Origin: Amoebophrya sp. A120
Lineage: Eukaryota; Protista; Dinoflagellata
Direction of reading: 5' to 3'
Assembly (NCBI GenBank): GCA_905178155.1
Contig: CAJINV010000001.1
Coordinates: 6,481,860 to 6,545,859 of the forward strand
Length of the DNA: 64,000 nt
In this document: positions 13,440-24,640 of the stretch, one piece after another
How positions within the stretch are numbered: the first letter of the stretch is position 1
How the letters are laid out: the number at the start of each line of letters is the position of its first letter
Program-made: the position numbers and the translations under genes
Notes under the pieces: generated by a model
Told to the model about the DNA's origin: nothing
Databases searched by the model: none
Seen by the model: only the letters and a program-made list of their open reading frames with translations

Positions 13440-15128
13440 ATGATGATTCTGAATAAGAATTGCGTTCGATTGGTGCTCCGTCCTGGTGGCATTCGCGTTT
13501 TTCGATCCCTTCCTCTTGGACGGCTTCAGCAGGAGCATTCGGGCGTAGAATGTTCCGTATCGTCGTCCACAACTTCCGGACGAGGATCAAGATTATTCTC
13601 TACCGCAACACAGGATGCAGGAGCGCCGTCCAAGACTTTATTGGCAAGCTGGGAGACAACACTGACACCCGCTTCTTCCTCTTCGTCCTCCCCTCCAAGA
13701 ACCGGGACCAATGGAAGAGATTCTGGAAAATTTAGCGTTGAAATCCACGCGGCGCCGTGTATGTTCGACCACACATTTCTTACTTCCGTCATAGCAAGGG
13801 GCACAACATCTTCAAGCCGATCCGGATCATCACGAGAGCCCAGCGACGGTCGAAACGCAAAGCTCTTCCTCCTGAATCCGGCGAACGAGGGACTTTGTGG
13901 CATTCAGTACCCAACCTTTCCGCGGAACGGGTACGGAAGTCCAGTGCCCTTCCGCATTCCTGAAATTAGCTTCAATTGGTGTCGCGCGGAGGGGCAAATA
14001 CAGGATTATCAGACACTGGTGGCAACGATGCACGGAGGAGGTGGTGACCGCGCGAATGGAAGTGCTGGGGAAGTTTCTGCAAACGCATCGGAAAGTGGAA
14101 AGCGCCATACCGCGATGTCGCCACCCGCCACCTACAAGCCTGCTGAGTGCGTGGATGGGATGGTACATCGTTTATGCGGGCCAGATCTTTTGACCTACCT
14201 GACGACAGAGTATCATCGAAGGAAGGACTTCTCAGTTTTGCTGAACACACAACGCGAGCCCACTCCAGCTATTCGGTGCCCACCTGGCGAAAGCCGGTGG
14301 TCTCCGGCCTTCGGGGCATTAAAGCCGTATTTTCCAGACGGAATCCTTCATGCGGTGTCGCCTTTTCGCAACTTCGATTACAGTGAGCTTAATGAATCGA
14401 GCTCATCTGAAACTGCGCCGCTCACGGCTGCGAAGCTTTTACGCCAAACCTATCTCGACGCCTTGAGGCAAGCACTTTCACGCGCAAGCGGAAATGAAAT
14501 TTTCGGCCACAAAGTAGCGACCGTATCACGACCTGCAGGCGATAGTACGGAGGCAACAATCGCTTCCCCCCTACTCGGAACCGGTGTACGCGGCTTCGCG
14601 ATCGCTGAAGGTGCAAGGATCGCAGCGCGTGCATGCGTCGAGTTTTCGAAGGAAATGACGGACGCGAAAGATTTTGCCACGACCTCCACTTCAGAAGACA
14701 ACAACTTTGTCGACCCCCAAACGGACACGATCAAGAACGCGGACTATTTGCAGAAGAAAGATGGAGCGGGCACGTTGGACTACGACAGAGACGACTGGTT
14801 TTCGACAACAACGAGGGTGCCAGGATTTTCCTACTTGTCTTCCAGACACGACGAGCCAGACTTGTACCAAAAAATTTTAGCATCGAAGAAGGTGGGGCAG
14901 CAACAGGCACCGGGTGCTGGGCGGAATCATGATTCGAGTGGAAGGAAAGCGAAAGGCCAAACGGATGAGGCAAAGAACGCACCAGGAGGAGTTTCGGAGT
15001 TCAAAGTTGTCTTTGTCTTGCAAGAGTCTCTATCGCCCGCGGATCAGGCGCACGTCGTAGCCGCGTTCGAAGAAGCTCGACAGAATGATGGCGGGACAGA
15101 CGTCTCAAGGCTGAGAAGAACTTTCTGA
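13440..15128 (+). CDS. Macrodomain (ADP-ribose-binding/hydrolase, MacroD/YmdB-like) protein with insertions and a possible N-terminal organellar transit peptide
   Basis: LLNPANEGL, VDGMVHRLCGPDL, CPPGE..SPAFG, ILHAVSP, LLRQTY..AL, IASPLLGTGVRGF...GARIA. The N-terminus is R/S-rich and acid-poor. Confidence 0.8.
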   Translation: MMILNKNCVRLVLRPGGIRVFRSLPLGRLQQEHSGVECSVSSSTTSGRGSRLFSTATQDAGAPSKTLLASWETTLTPASSSSSSPPRTGTNGRDSGKFSVEIHAAPCMFDHTFLTSVIARGTTSSSRSGSSREPSDGRNAKLFLLNPANEGLCGIQYPTFPRNGYGSPVPFRIPEISFNWCRAEGQIQDYQTLVATMHGGGGDRANGSAGEVSANASESGKRHTAMSPPATYKPAECVDGMVHRLCGPDLLTYLTTEYHRRKDFSVLLNTQREPTPAIRCPPGESRWSPAFGALKPYFPDGILHAVSPFRNFDYSELNESSSSETAPLTAAKLLRQTYLDALRQALSRASGNEIFGHKVATVSRPAGDSTEATIASPLLGTGVRGFAIAEGARIAARACVEFSKEMTDAKDFATTSTSEDNNFVDPQTDTIKNADYLQKKDGAGTLDYDRDDWFSTTTRVPGFSYLSSRHDEPDLYQKILASKKVGQQQAPGAGRNHDSSGRKAKGQTDEAKNAPGGVSEFKVVFVLQESLSPADQAHVVAAFEEARQNDGGTDVSRLRRTF

Positions 15129-15769
15129 CTCTGTCGTACGTAAGTAAGTACGATGCGGATGCTTTATGTTTCTTGAAAAATTGCTACCATGTAAACTTTG
15201 TAAAGCGAAGGGAAATGTAACTACATAGTCCTATTCCTTGATGTTTCGACTAAAAGAGAGTACACGGACACGTCGAATTGCACCAGAACTCCGATGATTA
15301 TATAAGGAAATAACTGGAGCTGTTCACTTTCCGAACCCGATACAGACTTCGAGGTGTTGCAACGAAAAGAGGTTATCGTAGAAGTAGTTGACGAGTCAAA
15401 AGCACCCACTGCAGGGAGCATACTTACTTAAGAGGACGATAGAAGAGCGATTCCGATTTCAGTCTTTTATCTCTCGTTGTCTTGTTGTTTAGAGCAGATG
15501 AACAGGCTGCTCTTAGGATCATCTATCAGGCGATGAGAGTGCGCAGGGACGGGTGGGAGAACAAAATGATACTGAAGTTGCTAGCGTTTTCGTTTCGTCT
15601 CTTTTTAGAGGTTGGATGAGGCTGGTACATACGTGAGATTGAGGTGGAGAAGGCCACTGTTGACGCCACACTTGCACCAGCTGAGCGACACTCATACATT
15701 GTACTTGTAGGATCCCCATGATCGAATTTGTTTAAGTATAAGTTTTTATGATGTAGTGACTTTCCTGAA

Positions 15770-16996
15770 ATGGAATATCCGCGACTACCGTTTTCCGAGG
15801 CTTACACCTCTTGGATCGAGACCCGCGTCAAACGCCACATCGAAGACCGCGAGACGCAGGATGCTGTCAAGACTGCGGCGGACCGTCTGGAAATGCAACA
15901 GAACGCCAACAGGGCTCCCGAAGTCCTCACCCGCATAACGAAGCGCTCCGGGGAACTGCAAAGTCTGCGAAATAATCTAAATCAACATCTTCAATGCGTG
16001 GAGTCTGCCAAACAGGGAAAGCTGTGTGACGTGGACGTTCTGACTGTCGACGAAACTGCCGAAGCAACGCACGATGAGGAAGCGTACGTCTGGATTCCAC
16101 AAGGATCAAATGCGATCATCCAGCAAGGATCAGATACGGACGGAGTTGCCGACGCAGGGCCAACCCCGTCAACTGCTTCATCTGTGACCGCCGGTGCGTG
16201 CGGAAGCACGCCACTCGGTGAAGTTCGTCTTGAAGTGTGGTGTGAGGAATGGGTCGAAATTCCCAATGAAGCAGGCGGCGCCGTCGACGTCGAGAACGAG
16301 CGCGAAAAGGTGATCAGCTTAAAACACCCATCGCGGGGATGGGCCGACCTGAATGTGCTGGACTGTGTCAAACAAAGCCTTGTGCAGGATCAGGTGCGCA
16401 TGTGGATGGCGCACATTCGTCGCGGGCGCGGCCTGCTCAACAATGCAAGCACGACAAATCTTCCGCCCGAGTTGTTTCGCCTGATTTCCGTCTTTTTGGA
16501 TCCGTTTGCAGACGTCCTGAAGGCGCCCACGTACTACGCAGCGCTAGCCATTCGGCGCCGGTACCGAGACCTGGAGAAGTTGTTGGATACCGGGCTGCAG
16601 TATACCCTCGACCGATTGGCAGAGGATCCGGACGACAATATTGAAGGCAACATCTTGTGGAGGATCGTTAAGAACGACCCCAGCGAAGTATTAGTTGGAA
16701 TTCGATTCGGGTCAGTACGCTTCAGTATGTCGGGAGAACTTCCATGGCCGAATCTGTGCGAAAAGGACATCGTGAATTGTCGTGCATGGAATGCGAGGCG
16801 CAGCGTCGAACTTGCTTCGACGGAAAAACCCAAGTTCGTCCGACTTCCTTCGAAGCAGGTTTATTTTTCTAGCATCGCGCTAGTGCTGGCGGAATTCTTC
16901 CGGCGGAAAGGCCTAAAATTTTCGCAGTCTGACGACAATCGTCAGGATTTTACTATTTCTTGGGGCGCGAGCATCACTCCAGCAGCAGCTTCATGA
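15770..16996 (+). CDS. Unknown tandem family, copy 1 (internal F-box-like LPPELF motif)
   Basis: Intronless 408-aa ORF sharing blocks AYxSWIExR, RITKR, AKxGKLCD, QDQxRxW, LPPELFR..SFLxPF, ALRRRFRD, PWP, FFxRKG and ISWG with five downstream ORFs. Confidence 0.85.
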   Translation: MEYPRLPFSEAYTSWIETRVKRHIEDRETQDAVKTAADRLEMQQNANRAPEVLTRITKRSGELQSLRNNLNQHLQCVESAKQGKLCDVDVLTVDETAEATHDEEAYVWIPQGSNAIIQQGSDTDGVADAGPTPSTASSVTAGACGSTPLGEVRLEVWCEEWVEIPNEAGGAVDVENEREKVISLKHPSRGWADLNVLDCVKQSLVQDQVRMWMAHIRRGRGLLNNASTTNLPPELFRLISVFLDPFADVLKAPTYYAALAIRRRYRDLEKLLDTGLQYTLDRLAEDPDDNIEGNILWRIVKNDPSEVLVGIRFGSVRFSMSGELPWPNLCEKDIVNCRAWNARRSVELASTEKPKFVRLPSKQVYFSSIALVLAEFFRRKGLKFSQSDDNRQDFTISWGASITPAAAS

Positions 16997-17306
16997 CTGA
17001 GGACGATAATTTGAAATGGGGAGAAAAAGTATGAAACGATGCACGGGCTTTTTTTCATCTGTGCGATGCGGTTACTGTTTCTTACAGCCCGCAACAAGCT
17101 AAATCACATTTACAAGTAGAGACTGACACCTATTTCAAACGATAAGTCAAAGAAGACGCGAAGCAAAAGATGCACCGGGGCACCAACAGCAGCACACTAC
17201 TGCTAGGGCGCGACATGCTGTACTGCTTGAGTTTTTTGCGGGTCACCGATGTGCGCATTGCCATCTGGAGAGAGCAAATCTATTTTTTTAGCGCCATGCG
17301 TTTTCG

Positions 17307-17989
17307 TTAGACAAGGAAAATCGAGGAAGTTCATCAAAAATCGAGCACTCCCCTCCCGCGGGGTGGCAGGGGGGCGAGATGATTTGTCTGCGTTTCGGCT
17401 AGTAGCGGCCCGCCCCATTTCTGCAAGCCTTTCGGCCCGGACCAGCCGCGACTCCTTCCCGGGTAGAAAGACCAAGCGCTCATCTGCCGCGCAAGTATTT
17501 CGCCTTTGGCGCAACGGGCTCGGGGGCTCGTTTACAAACAAGGCCGGCCAAACCTGTACAAAGGCGACAGGCGGCGCCCAGGGGCCCCCCTCCAGGGGGG
17601 TGCCTGAGGGGGGTACTTTTTTTGGATTCCGAAATCGGCCATTTTAGGTCGGGGAAAGGAACGCCAAGGGGGGTGCTTTTTGGGGGTGCTTTTTTTTGGG
17701 CAAAAGGGGGGGCCCTTGGATTGCCCCCGTGGCGCGACTTTCCAAGAGACGGCCATTGCTCATTGGATCCGGAAAGACCTGGCCGCAGAATGCTTAAAGT
17801 ATTGTCGTAGTGCTTCTCTGCGTGGTGACGGAAGACGAACGCCGAAGCCGGCGGCGCTTCCGGTTGTGTGGGACCCACTGAGCAAAGCCGCCCCATAGAT
17901 GAAGCCTACCCGAGCCAACCGCCTGTCCCGTGAGCCCACGGGAGGGGGTGCTCGATTTTTGATGAACTTCCTCGATTTTCCTTGTCTAA
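17307..17989. mobile_element. Intergenic non-autonomous TIR element (MITE), 683 bp, 5-bp TSD
   Basis: 42-bp perfect terminal inverted repeat ttagacaaggaaaatcgaggaagttcatcaaaaatcgagcac, extending imperfectly to about 55 bp. TTTCG direct repeat at 17302-17306 and 17990-17994. The interior is rich in G/C homopolymer runs and has no credible ORF. Confidence 0.9.
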
Positions 17990-18452
17990 TTTCGTGCTCC
18001 ATCTAACTACCCGATGCTGTCGATCATGAGCTCTGTTTCTGGTTGATCACCTACGCCCTTCCAAATTAACTTACTACTGAAGAAGATGAAAGAAAAAACC
18101 GGCGCAAATGAACAGCGAAACTTTACCGATTGCGGTTGCCATTTCATTTTTGCACCCTACATGATCAATTCAAACTCGTTAAGTAAAGAACGGCTCTTGG
18201 TGCAACAAGAAGCATATACCTATATGCACGACGAGGAACAAGCGAAAAAAGTGAACGAGCTTCAGCTTGGTGAACAACGACACCACCAGGAGGCCTTTTC
18301 CTTTTGATTTTCATGTTGATAGAGAGCAGACAATAAAGATAAACGCGGAGCGGATCAAGCACTGTACATTAGCTGCTGCAATCCATTTCTTTTTATTTCA
18401 GTTGCACTTCTTTTGTTCTGCTTCTGGTTCTGATTCTGATATTGTATCCAAC

Positions 18453-19706
18453 ATGGCACCTTCTCCTCCCCCCGCTTTCCCACAATTGCCGTTCTCCGAT
18501 GCGTACGCCTCGTGGATCGAGAATCGGGTCAAGCGGCACGTTGACGAACGCCGGACGCAGGACGAAATCAAAACAGCAGCCGACAAACTCGAGATGGAGA
18601 ACCGGCCCGAAGCTTTACCGGAAGCCATGTCTCGCATAACGAAGCGCGCTGCTGAGCTTGAAGAACTACAAATGAATTTAGACGATCACCTGGAGTGCGT
18701 GCAGTTTGCAAAATTAGGAAAGTTCTGCGACGTGGATGTCCTGGACGTTGATGCAGAAAACAGCAACACGGCGTACGTTTGGATTCCGCAGGGCGTGGTA
18801 AAGGCGCCGCCGGACAACAGCGCCGTTTCTGATGTTCCAGTTACCAGCCCTACACCACCGAGCTTGTCGTGGCAGACACAGGAACAGCTAGAAGTTTGGC
18901 AGGAGTGTCGGCAAATTGAGACGGACGTTGACGACGATGGGTTAGAGATTGAGGGTGCCGAATTGAGGGAAGAAAAGCGCATTCGCTTGCTTCCTCGTGG
19001 AAAGTTTCGCGCAAAGTTGCCAGGCCTGCAGAACCTCAATGGGGTTCGCCAGAGCATTGCGCAAGACCAATTGCGCATGTGGATGGCTAGCCTCTCGCGG
19101 CGAACCGGGCTATTGCCGGCATCTTCGAGGAATCTTGATCTTCCACCTGAGCTGTTTCGCGTGATTGCGTCCTTTTTGCATCCCTTCGCGGACGTCCTGA
19201 AATCGCCCACCTACTATGCCGCCATCGCGCTGCGGCGCCGTTTCCGTGACCTCGAAAAACTGCTCGATGCTGGCTTGCGTCACCAACTTGACCGCATTGC
19301 TGAAGACCCCTCGTCGCAGAGCGCCGCAAATGGTATGATCAGGGGGCGCTTCACTTGGGAATTCAACCCGGACGACCAAATCGAGAAACGGGTATCAATC
19401 AAGCTCGGACCCGTGGCTTTCATGATGCAGGGATCACTGCCGTGGCCGAATCGATGCGAGGCGCAAATCGTCAATAGTCCCGCATGGACCGAGACGCGCA
19501 ATGAGGAACTCGAGTCCACGAATGGAGCGGAATCCCGCCAGCGCTTAGTACGGCTTTCTGCCGAGCACGCCAAGTATTCAAGCTTCGTCATCGTGTTACG
19601 GGAGTTTTTCCGCCGGAGGGGCCTGAAATTTTTGCAGCATTCTTCACAACCCCGGGAATTTAGATTATCTTGGTACAGTGCCGCCCCAACCGCGTCAGCA
19701 GCCTGA
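18453..19706 (+). CDS. Unknown tandem family, copy 2
   Basis: Same conserved blocks as copy 1. ATG 18453 chosen by alignment with the paralog starts. Confidence 0.85.
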   Translation: MAPSPPPAFPQLPFSDAYASWIENRVKRHVDERRTQDEIKTAADKLEMENRPEALPEAMSRITKRAAELEELQMNLDDHLECVQFAKLGKFCDVDVLDVDAENSNTAYVWIPQGVVKAPPDNSAVSDVPVTSPTPPSLSWQTQEQLEVWQECRQIETDVDDDGLEIEGAELREEKRIRLLPRGKFRAKLPGLQNLNGVRQSIAQDQLRMWMASLSRRTGLLPASSRNLDLPPELFRVIASFLHPFADVLKSPTYYAAIALRRRFRDLEKLLDAGLRHQLDRIAEDPSSQSAANGMIRGRFTWEFNPDDQIEKRVSIKLGPVAFMMQGSLPWPNRCEAQIVNSPAWTETRNEELESTNGAESRQRLVRLSAEHAKYSSFVIVLREFFRRRGLKFLQHSSQPREFRLSWYSAAPTASAA

Positions 19707-20643
19707 CGAGGTGATGATGAAAAGCGGCGACACACAAAAACTGGTTGTTAGCATGAATGTCTCGTCTGCTTCCAGATTGCAAAATTTGCGTCGACCCCGA
19801 GCAAAGAAACTGCAAAGAAACCACTCCTGATCAGAGAGCCCGGACGTTGTAGGTGGGTATAGATACGAACGCTAGCGGTTCAGATTTGGAAGCGAGACTG
19901 ATGCTCCAAAATGAGGACGATAAGCAGTGAGCTTGAAGATATTTTTTTGCGCTCAACAATGACAAAGCAAAAACATGTATCGACATGTCTGTGCCGTGCA
20001 CTGATGTGACGGATAAGTGCAGCTTTCTGTCTCTGGAGGTTGTTGTTCGGTATATTACATACTGTGATCAAAGTGTAACGCAGGCACGATAAACAGAGCC
20101 TGCAGCTGATGCTGATGTTGTCAGCACAGACGGAGAGATAAATTTTCACGTTCACAAAGATGGTCAGCAGCGACAGTACTTTTTTGTGATTTGGGGAGAC
20201 TGCGCAGGATTCCAATGTAGCAGTCTCACACGACAGGGTGTGCCATTTCCTCGCGGTGCTCTCTGTCTTCCTCCCCCTAGCGCTATCTGCGAAGTCGCGC
20301 TTGTTGCGATCCGGCATTGCTGCGGGTTGAAAATGCAAATCCAACGACGGGCTGATCATCGTGATCTAGATCCTCGTCATCTTGCTCTTTTCACAAGCCC
20401 GAGTACCAGATGTGCAACTAGTTGTAGTTTGCCACGGTTCATCTCCATCGTCGTGGCGAAATATGAAAACGCCATTTTGATGTCTTCCAGTTCCAGTTGT
20501 TTTAGTTTTGTCACAGTGCTGTTTAATGATGTCGCAACATTTCAACATCTCATTGATTTTGAATGGTGTTTACGTACAACGATCGCAAGTCAATTTCAAA
20601 AAGACCTGGACCTCGAGCTCAAATCCAAATCATAATCAAGAGA

Positions 20644-21849
20644 ATGGCATCGTTTCCTGAGATCAATTTCTCTGATGCTTACGCATCGTGGATCGACCTG
20701 CGAATGAAGCATTTCATTGCCACGCGCGAACGGGATTTGGCGCTCCAGAACGAAGCAGATGGAGCAAGAATCCGAGGGGAAACGGATGAGCGAGCCGCTG
20801 AATTAGCGGCCAAGATTTCTTCGCGCACCCAGACGTTCAATAATCTGAAAAGTCATTTCGAGCAACACCTTCATTGTCTGACTTGCGCAAAGGAAGGTAA
20901 GTTGTGCGATGTCAAGCAACTTGACGCAGAAATAAGTGAGAATGGAAATGACGCATCTGCCTATGTCTGGATACCACAAGCAGCAATTATGCAAGACAGC
21001 AACACTCCGAACCCAGTGTCCGTCTTTGGTCATGTAAAACTAGAAGTCTGGGAGGAGCGACGGCGAGAAGATGAAGATCAAGGAGAAAATGAAGACCACG
21101 AGGACCTTCCGGAACATGTTGTTAAAATATTATACGAATCTGCACAAATGCGTGGATTGGAGGAAGCGAAGGATCTCCGTGAGAGTATAGTGCAAGATCA
21201 ATTGCGGCCTTGGATGGCTAGAGTATCCCGGCCGAGTGCAGAATTGTTTGCAGCTGCCGCAAGCACACAGATACCACCAGCGAAACCGTCCTTGCCGCCC
21301 GAGTTATTCCGAATTGTGTCTTCCTTTCTCGATCCGTTCGCTGAAGTTCTCAAGGCGCCAGCCTATTACGCATCACTCGCTCTGCGTCGGCGCTTCCGCG
21401 ACTTGGAGAAATTTCTGGATGGTGGCTTTCAATACTCCCTTGACTCCCTCATTGAAAAACATCCGGAGACGACAGAAATTCAGGGAAGCATTACTCTCGC
21501 GTACAAGAAGGACGAAATACTGGGAACCAGGTCTACCGCGTTACGCATCACGCTTGGAGAGTTTCATTTCTCGATATCAGGACCAGTTCACTGGCCCAGT
21601 TATGGCGAGGAGCAGATCGTCAAAAGTGCAGACTGGGAAGCTGTGCAAAGAAAGGAACGGACTTCGGCTGCGTCTGACCCGCTCACGCTAGTGAGGTCAT
21701 CTCCGAGTGCGGCTAAATATGGCAACGTCGCTATTGTTCTGCGCGAGTTCTTCCGACGAAAGGGCTTCCGCTTCCTGCAGGAGCCCGACTGGCCACACAT
21801 TTTTACAATTTCTTGGGGTGATGCCAAGGAGCCGGAGGACGTGAGCTAG
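20644..21849 (+). CDS. Unknown tandem family, copy 3
   Basis: Same conserved blocks. ATG 20644 (MASFPEINFSDAYASW). Confidence 0.85.
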   Translation: MASFPEINFSDAYASWIDLRMKHFIATRERDLALQNEADGARIRGETDERAAELAAKISSRTQTFNNLKSHFEQHLHCLTCAKEGKLCDVKQLDAEISENGNDASAYVWIPQAAIMQDSNTPNPVSVFGHVKLEVWEERRREDEDQGENEDHEDLPEHVVKILYESAQMRGLEEAKDLRESIVQDQLRPWMARVSRPSAELFAAAASTQIPPAKPSLPPELFRIVSSFLDPFAEVLKAPAYYASLALRRRFRDLEKFLDGGFQYSLDSLIEKHPETTEIQGSITLAYKKDEILGTRSTALRITLGEFHFSISGPVHWPSYGEEQIVKSADWEAVQRKERTSAASDPLTLVRSSPSAAKYGNVAIVLREFFRRKGFRFLQEPDWPHIFTISWGDAKEPEDVS

Positions 21850-22601
21850 TAGTAGCAGAAGAGGAGACGAGGGGGTGCGTTGCCTTATTCTCGTTGTTTT
21901 CGTCAGAAAGAATAGTTATGTATTTTTGCAACGAACCGCAATTGTGGTGCTGAAGCTGAAGAAAACAAACGCAAATAAAGGACGCGTGTTGGCGCAAAGC
22001 CGCTTGTGGTCGCTAATCTTACGCAACTACTCTGGAGGGGAGCGACGTTCTGGAATGTCTCTGCCGTTGTTCGCTTCCATTTTCATATATAACAGGTCAA
22101 GCATTTCAACTCTCGCAGTTCAATCCGGCTACAGCGATCTACCTAAACTTCTATAGTTTTGATTTTACATTGCAACATATATACAATTGGACTCGCACCA
22201 ACCGAAAGAACCTCCTAAGGCACCATGACTTTGACGAATTCCCTTCATTACACAGCAGAATGCCGGCCATGATGTTGATGTGTATTTAAGTAGATTTATC
22301 GTTATGTTTTTCAATGAATTCGTTGCAGCGGAACCAACAGCTCGACTTCGAAAAATGACTTGCTCGAAAAAAAGCATGAAAACTGCCGCGGCGTATGATC
22401 ATCATGTTCTTGCCATGTGCATTGGAATGCAGAGGAACGCCACAGCTTAATCCTGAGCAAGCGTATGGGTATGCGTATCAACGTAGCAGGAGACGTAGTT
22501 AGATAGAACGAAAAGCACTATAGTGTACTTGTAGCTCTTCATCGCACTAACCGTCGTAAAGCAAGCAGACACACCCACTCAACCACTCCTGAAGCAAAAT
22601 T

Positions 22602-23951
22602 ATGGCTTTCGTCAAGTTGGAGCCATCGATCGCGTACGCGAACTGGCTAGAGACCCGGATCGCGCACTACGTGAACGAACGAAAAAGGCAGGATGCGGTG
22701 GAAATCGCTGCGGAACGTCTCAAGTTGGAGCAGCATCCGGAGCAAGGCTGCGAGCTGCTTACGCGAATTGCAAAGCGGAAAGAAGCAACGGACGAGATGG
22801 CAACGTTGCTCAAGCATCACGTGCAGTGTCTGGGGAGCGCCAAGCTCGGGAGCTTTTGCGACGAAGATGCGCTAGACGAAGCAGGGGTCCGTGTCCGAAC
22901 ATGGTTCCCCGGAAGAAACTACATAACACACAAAAAATGCCGCACCGACTCACCTGCGCCGTCTGCTCAGAGCATGTTCTCCGCCGTGTCCCACTTCGTG
23001 CGGATGGAAGAGTTTTCCAACGAGGGAGGAGACTACGAGGGAGGAGACTTGGCCGACGATCGAATCCTTGTAAGAAGCTTCTCTGTGAAACTCGAAAAGA
23101 AATGGCCCGGTTTCCTGCATGGCACGACCCCGCTGCGTCAAAGCCTTGCACAGGATCAATTGTGTGCGTGGCTGGTAGGCGTCCAAGCGCAAGCGAGATC
23201 ACGTTCACGTCCTCCCATAGGCCAAGCGACAAGGAGCAGGAGCGGCGCGCCGGGTGGTCGCATCTACTTACCGACGGAGCTCTTCAGGCACGTGGCGTCT
23301 TTTTTGGAACCTTTTCGGTCTGTGATCATGTCGCCAGCTTACTACGTTGCGGCTGCGTTGAGCCGACGGTTTCGAGACCTGGCAACCACGCTCGAAGCTG
23401 CCTACCGCGTCTACCTCGACCGACTTGCTGACGGCAGGCGCGCAGTGAGCGGATCCGCTGCGAACAAAGTACGCGGCAAGGTCTGGTGGGAGCGGGAGAC
23501 AAAAACTACCAAAGAGCAGAAAAATAAGGCGCGGGTCCGCCTCCTGGTGAAGTTCGACGGAGTTGAGTTTTCTACGCTCGGCGCACAACACTGGCCTACC
23601 CCAAGCGAGCTTGAGATAACCAGTAGTTTAGAATGGCGCGACATTTACGATTCCGAGCAGGAAATGGCTAAACAGCAGAAAATGAGAAGCAACTTTTGTT
23701 TTCGGCTCGATTCAGCAGCGGCGCAGCGTGACAATGTGCTGCTCGCCGTGCAGGATTTTTTTGAACGCAAAGGGTTTGCTTTCTCCTATGAGAAAAAAAT
23801 CAAGAAACGCAACCGACGGGGGCGGCGATTTTTGGTGTCGTGGGGAAAAGATCAGGATGAGGAGGAATCTTCCTCCTCTTCATCCTCCGATGATGATGAC
23901 GAGTCTGTGGTGATGTCAGAGAATGACGACAATGATGAAAATGATGCGTGA
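22602..23951 (+). CDS. Unknown tandem family, copy 4 (basic patch and acidic tail)
   Basis: Same conserved blocks (LPTELFRHVASFLEPF). KKIKKRNRRGRR precedes FLVSWG, followed by a D/E/S tail. Confidence 0.85.
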   Translation: MAFVKLEPSIAYANWLETRIAHYVNERKRQDAVEIAAERLKLEQHPEQGCELLTRIAKRKEATDEMATLLKHHVQCLGSAKLGSFCDEDALDEAGVRVRTWFPGRNYITHKKCRTDSPAPSAQSMFSAVSHFVRMEEFSNEGGDYEGGDLADDRILVRSFSVKLEKKWPGFLHGTTPLRQSLAQDQLCAWLVGVQAQARSRSRPPIGQATRSRSGAPGGRIYLPTELFRHVASFLEPFRSVIMSPAYYVAAALSRRFRDLATTLEAAYRVYLDRLADGRRAVSGSAANKVRGKVWWERETKTTKEQKNKARVRLLVKFDGVEFSTLGAQHWPTPSELEITSSLEWRDIYDSEQEMAKQQKMRSNFCFRLDSAAAQRDNVLLAVQDFFERKGFAFSYEKKIKKRNRRGRRFLVSWGKDQDEEESSSSSSSDDDDESVVMSENDDNDENDA

Positions 23952-24640
23952 CGAATTGCATTGTCTATTTTCTTCCCCAGATCATGTTATGAATTCGCCT
24001 TTATATTCTTATTGTTTTATGAAAACCAAAACTCCGAAAGTAGAAGTACGGGTTGGTGGTTATCTGCTTCACAGAAAGTGAAAGTTAGAGGTGCGTACAG
24101 CTGAAAAAAGAATCAATTTCGCCAGAACAGTGCTTGACGTTCGTAATTTTTTTTCTTCGCCACTTGTTTTTGTGATCCTGAAAAAGCAGGAAGGTCTTCA
24201 GCAGTTTAGACACGACGTAGGGTTCCCGTCTTGGTAATGTCATTGTGAGGCGCCGCCGATGGGATGATCATGACCTGGTAAATCTAAATTATCGTCGAAG
24301 CGTCAGCTTTCTTATTCTCATCGGTTGGAGTGGCGCGAATGCGTTACTTTTTTTTTCTGTTTCTCGATAAGAGGGAGATACAATGGTAGAGCTGCGCATT
24401 CCTGACTACAACACGAGAGAAAAAGGTCAAGCGCTAACCGAAAAAAAAATACTGCGTAAAATCTAAACGAACTGAGGGCAACATTTTCGTCCTCGATTCT
24501 ACTTTCTCTTTGTTTACAACTTACTAGTACGGCAATATCGGGAAGCTCGTTGTCAATCAATTGCGCAACCTCTTTGTGCGTCCTCTTGCTCTTCCAAATA
24601 CACGACTCGTTGAACCGGAAAAATAAAGGTCACCTTCAAC

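Noticed and set aside
17203-18002. Cluster of short ORFs inside the TIR element
   Set aside because: They arise from G/C homopolymer runs and mirrored TIRs. No transposase motifs are present.
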